A DNA stretch of 64,000 nucleotides. Origin: Patescibacteria group bacterium (lineage in GTDB: Bacteria; Patescibacteriota; Minisyncoccia; Phycocordibacterales; SBAW01). Each line of letters opens with the position of its first letter. Within the stretch, counting starts at the first letter, position 1. The translations under genes were made by a program, and so were the position numbers. Where the stretch lies: assembly GCA_028866155.1 (NCBI GenBank), contig JAGWIT010000001.1, forward strand, positions 165 through 64,164. The letters run 5' to 3'. Shown here in pieces: positions 63,803 to 64,000 of the stretch. The notes below the pieces were generated by a model, which saw only the letters and a program-made list of their open reading frames with translations, was not told where the DNA came from and did no database searches.

Positions 63803-64000
63803 ACACTGTCCGTAGTAGAGCGTGTTGGCCTTCATCGCGGCTGCATCATTGCTGCCCGTTATCGTGTCGATATTCTCCTGAATTTGGAGTTCATAACAGA
63901 GCACCGCATTGCCGTAGAACTGGAGCGACCGGTTGCCCGAGTTGCCGCAGCCCGCGAGGTAGCACATCGCCGCTTTAAACTCGGCCGCCGGAGTTTTGGC
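63803..64000 (-). CDS. C-terminal fragment of a Cys-containing hypothetical protein (gene continues beyond the window)
   Basis: An open frame on the minus strand ends with ...TLYYGQC and a TAG at 63803-63805. No stop occurs up to the window edge. Confidence 0.3.

Overview
This is a high-GC (roughly 60%) bacterial chromosomal segment. Many of its proteins are shorter than the canonical lengths, which is consistent with a genome-reduced lineage; a CPR/Patescibacteria-like origin is one possibility, but that is inference only. The gene content falls into four groups.

(1) Positions 1-13700 hold an envelope-glycan biosynthesis cluster made of fused two-domain enzymes: a GH5 hydrolase, a Wzx-like flippase fused to an ATP-grasp-like domain, a large polytopic membrane protein, a tandem GT4-GT4 transferase, a CE4 deacetylase and a GT2-GT4 transferase. 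The five minus-strand genes are translationally coupled. Secreted PG-binding and Gmad2-type proteins sit alongside.

(2) Core informational genes: nrdA/nrdB (class I ribonucleotide reductase), truB, hisS, a dnaG-rpoD operon, a single 2292-aa fused rpoB-rpoC ORF, rpsP-KH-HD-trmD, rnr, a short smc, rnc, a NusB-NUDIX fusion, rpmF, rnhB, dnaE, an editing-domain-less thrS, gyrB, pheST, tRNA-Thr(UGU), rpsB-tsf, prfA and rpmE.

(3) Positions 48.2-54.0 kb form a lower-GC accessory island. It encodes a sortase, a YGSMDYYP-repeat surface protein, a CARDB-like surface protein, two secreted proteins and a coiled-coil membrane protein. It is a candidate cell-surface or adhesion system.

(4) At least eight genes have a -10 hexamer (TATACT/TAGAAT/TATAGT/TATAAA) only 5-10 nt upstream of the ATG and no Shine-Dalgarno sequence, so leaderless mRNAs are common. 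Several small unannotated ORFs with their own promoter, SD and terminator lie in intergenic regions.

No rRNA, CRISPR array, transposase or integrase was seen. All calls rest on reading the sequence and on family motifs; no searches were run.
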